Below, in pieces: positions 63,417-64,000 of a stretch of 64,000 bases of DNA. The position numbers and the translations under genes are program-made. Within the stretch, counting starts at the first letter, position 1; every line of letters starts with the position of its first letter. The notes under the pieces were generated by a model that made no database searches, was not told the DNA's origin, and saw only the letters and a program-made list of their open reading frames with translations. The DNA comes from Octopus sinensis (Eukaryota), in contig NC_043002.1 of assembly GCF_006345805.1 (NCBI RefSeq), positions 78,988,001-79,052,000 on the forward strand, in the 5' to 3' direction.

Positions 63417-64000
63417 TCAGTATTAAAGTGAAAATATCTGACTTTACAATAGAGATATTATTGTTTCACTTTTGACACGTAATACTGAAATAGTGGAGGA
63501 GATATGATATTGCTCTGGGCTGGCACTAGGCAGGAAGTTAAAACATTTTTTGGCCTATGACACTACATGGACCTTAAGTAAGGCATGTGTAAAATTTGAA
63601 TGAAATTGGTTGTGTAGTTCTCAAGTTTTAGGGATTCACACACACACACTCATGCACATTCTCATCTTTATATATATAGATATATATGTGTGTGTGTGTG
63701 TATTGTATGAAGGAACTGTAATGCAGGAAAATAAGAAAAGGTTCACCTACCTTCTCATTGCCTGCCATCCAGCTGTATTAATTTCAAAATTCACACCCTG
63801 CCCATCACACCTAATGAAAGCAACTGTTGATACCAATTCCTCTAGCTTGCTCTCGTCAAGTCTGTTCTTGGCAAATGCACCCAGGCAAAAGAACACGATC
63901 CTGGTCTTCCTTCCTTCACTTCCCCTTTCACCCTTCCTGCTCCAGTCAGGCCTCTTGACTATTGACGTCATAGCTCTTTCTTTCCAGCTCATCTCATCCC

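Overview
AT-rich, microsatellite- and SINE-laden eukaryotic genomic DNA. The repeat families are most consistent with an Octopus (coleoid cephalopod) genome; this is inferred, not database-checked. Two convergent spliced genes were assembled by eye from splice sites and reading-frame continuity. (1) The + strand carries the last four coding exons (3176-11306) of a protein with a Ser/Thr-rich linker and a C-terminal NTR/netrin module (sFRP/PCOLCE/netrin-type, probably secreted); its 5' part was not found and probably lies outside the window. (2) The - strand carries a complete 12-exon family I inorganic pyrophosphatase (PPA1/PPA2 orthologue, ATG 57638 to stop 15373, 867 nt = 288 aa). Its first exon stays open for a further 181 codons upstream (ATG 58181), encoding a mitochondrial-presequence-like extension. 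The rest is tRNA-derived SINEs, RTE-type LINE remnants, piggyBac/hAT/pogo/Merlin-like non-autonomous DNA elements and a U6 retrocopy. Most interesting observations: (a) a tRNA-headed element whose 3' part is a minimal hammerhead-ribozyme motif with an inverted 5' copy (Penelope-like architecture, 17561-17870), plus three other repeat families with degenerate versions of the motif; (b) a spacerless 840-bp foldback transposon (GG..CC ends, 8-bp TSD) just upstream of the PPA long ORF, one of three GG..CC/8-bp-TSD families; (c) a U6 snRNA copy fused to a SINE/LINE 3' tail and poly(A); (d) likely dual cytosolic/mitochondrial targeting of one PPA gene. Most ORFs in the supplied track are microsatellite or SINE artefacts. 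No searches or folding calculations were run.
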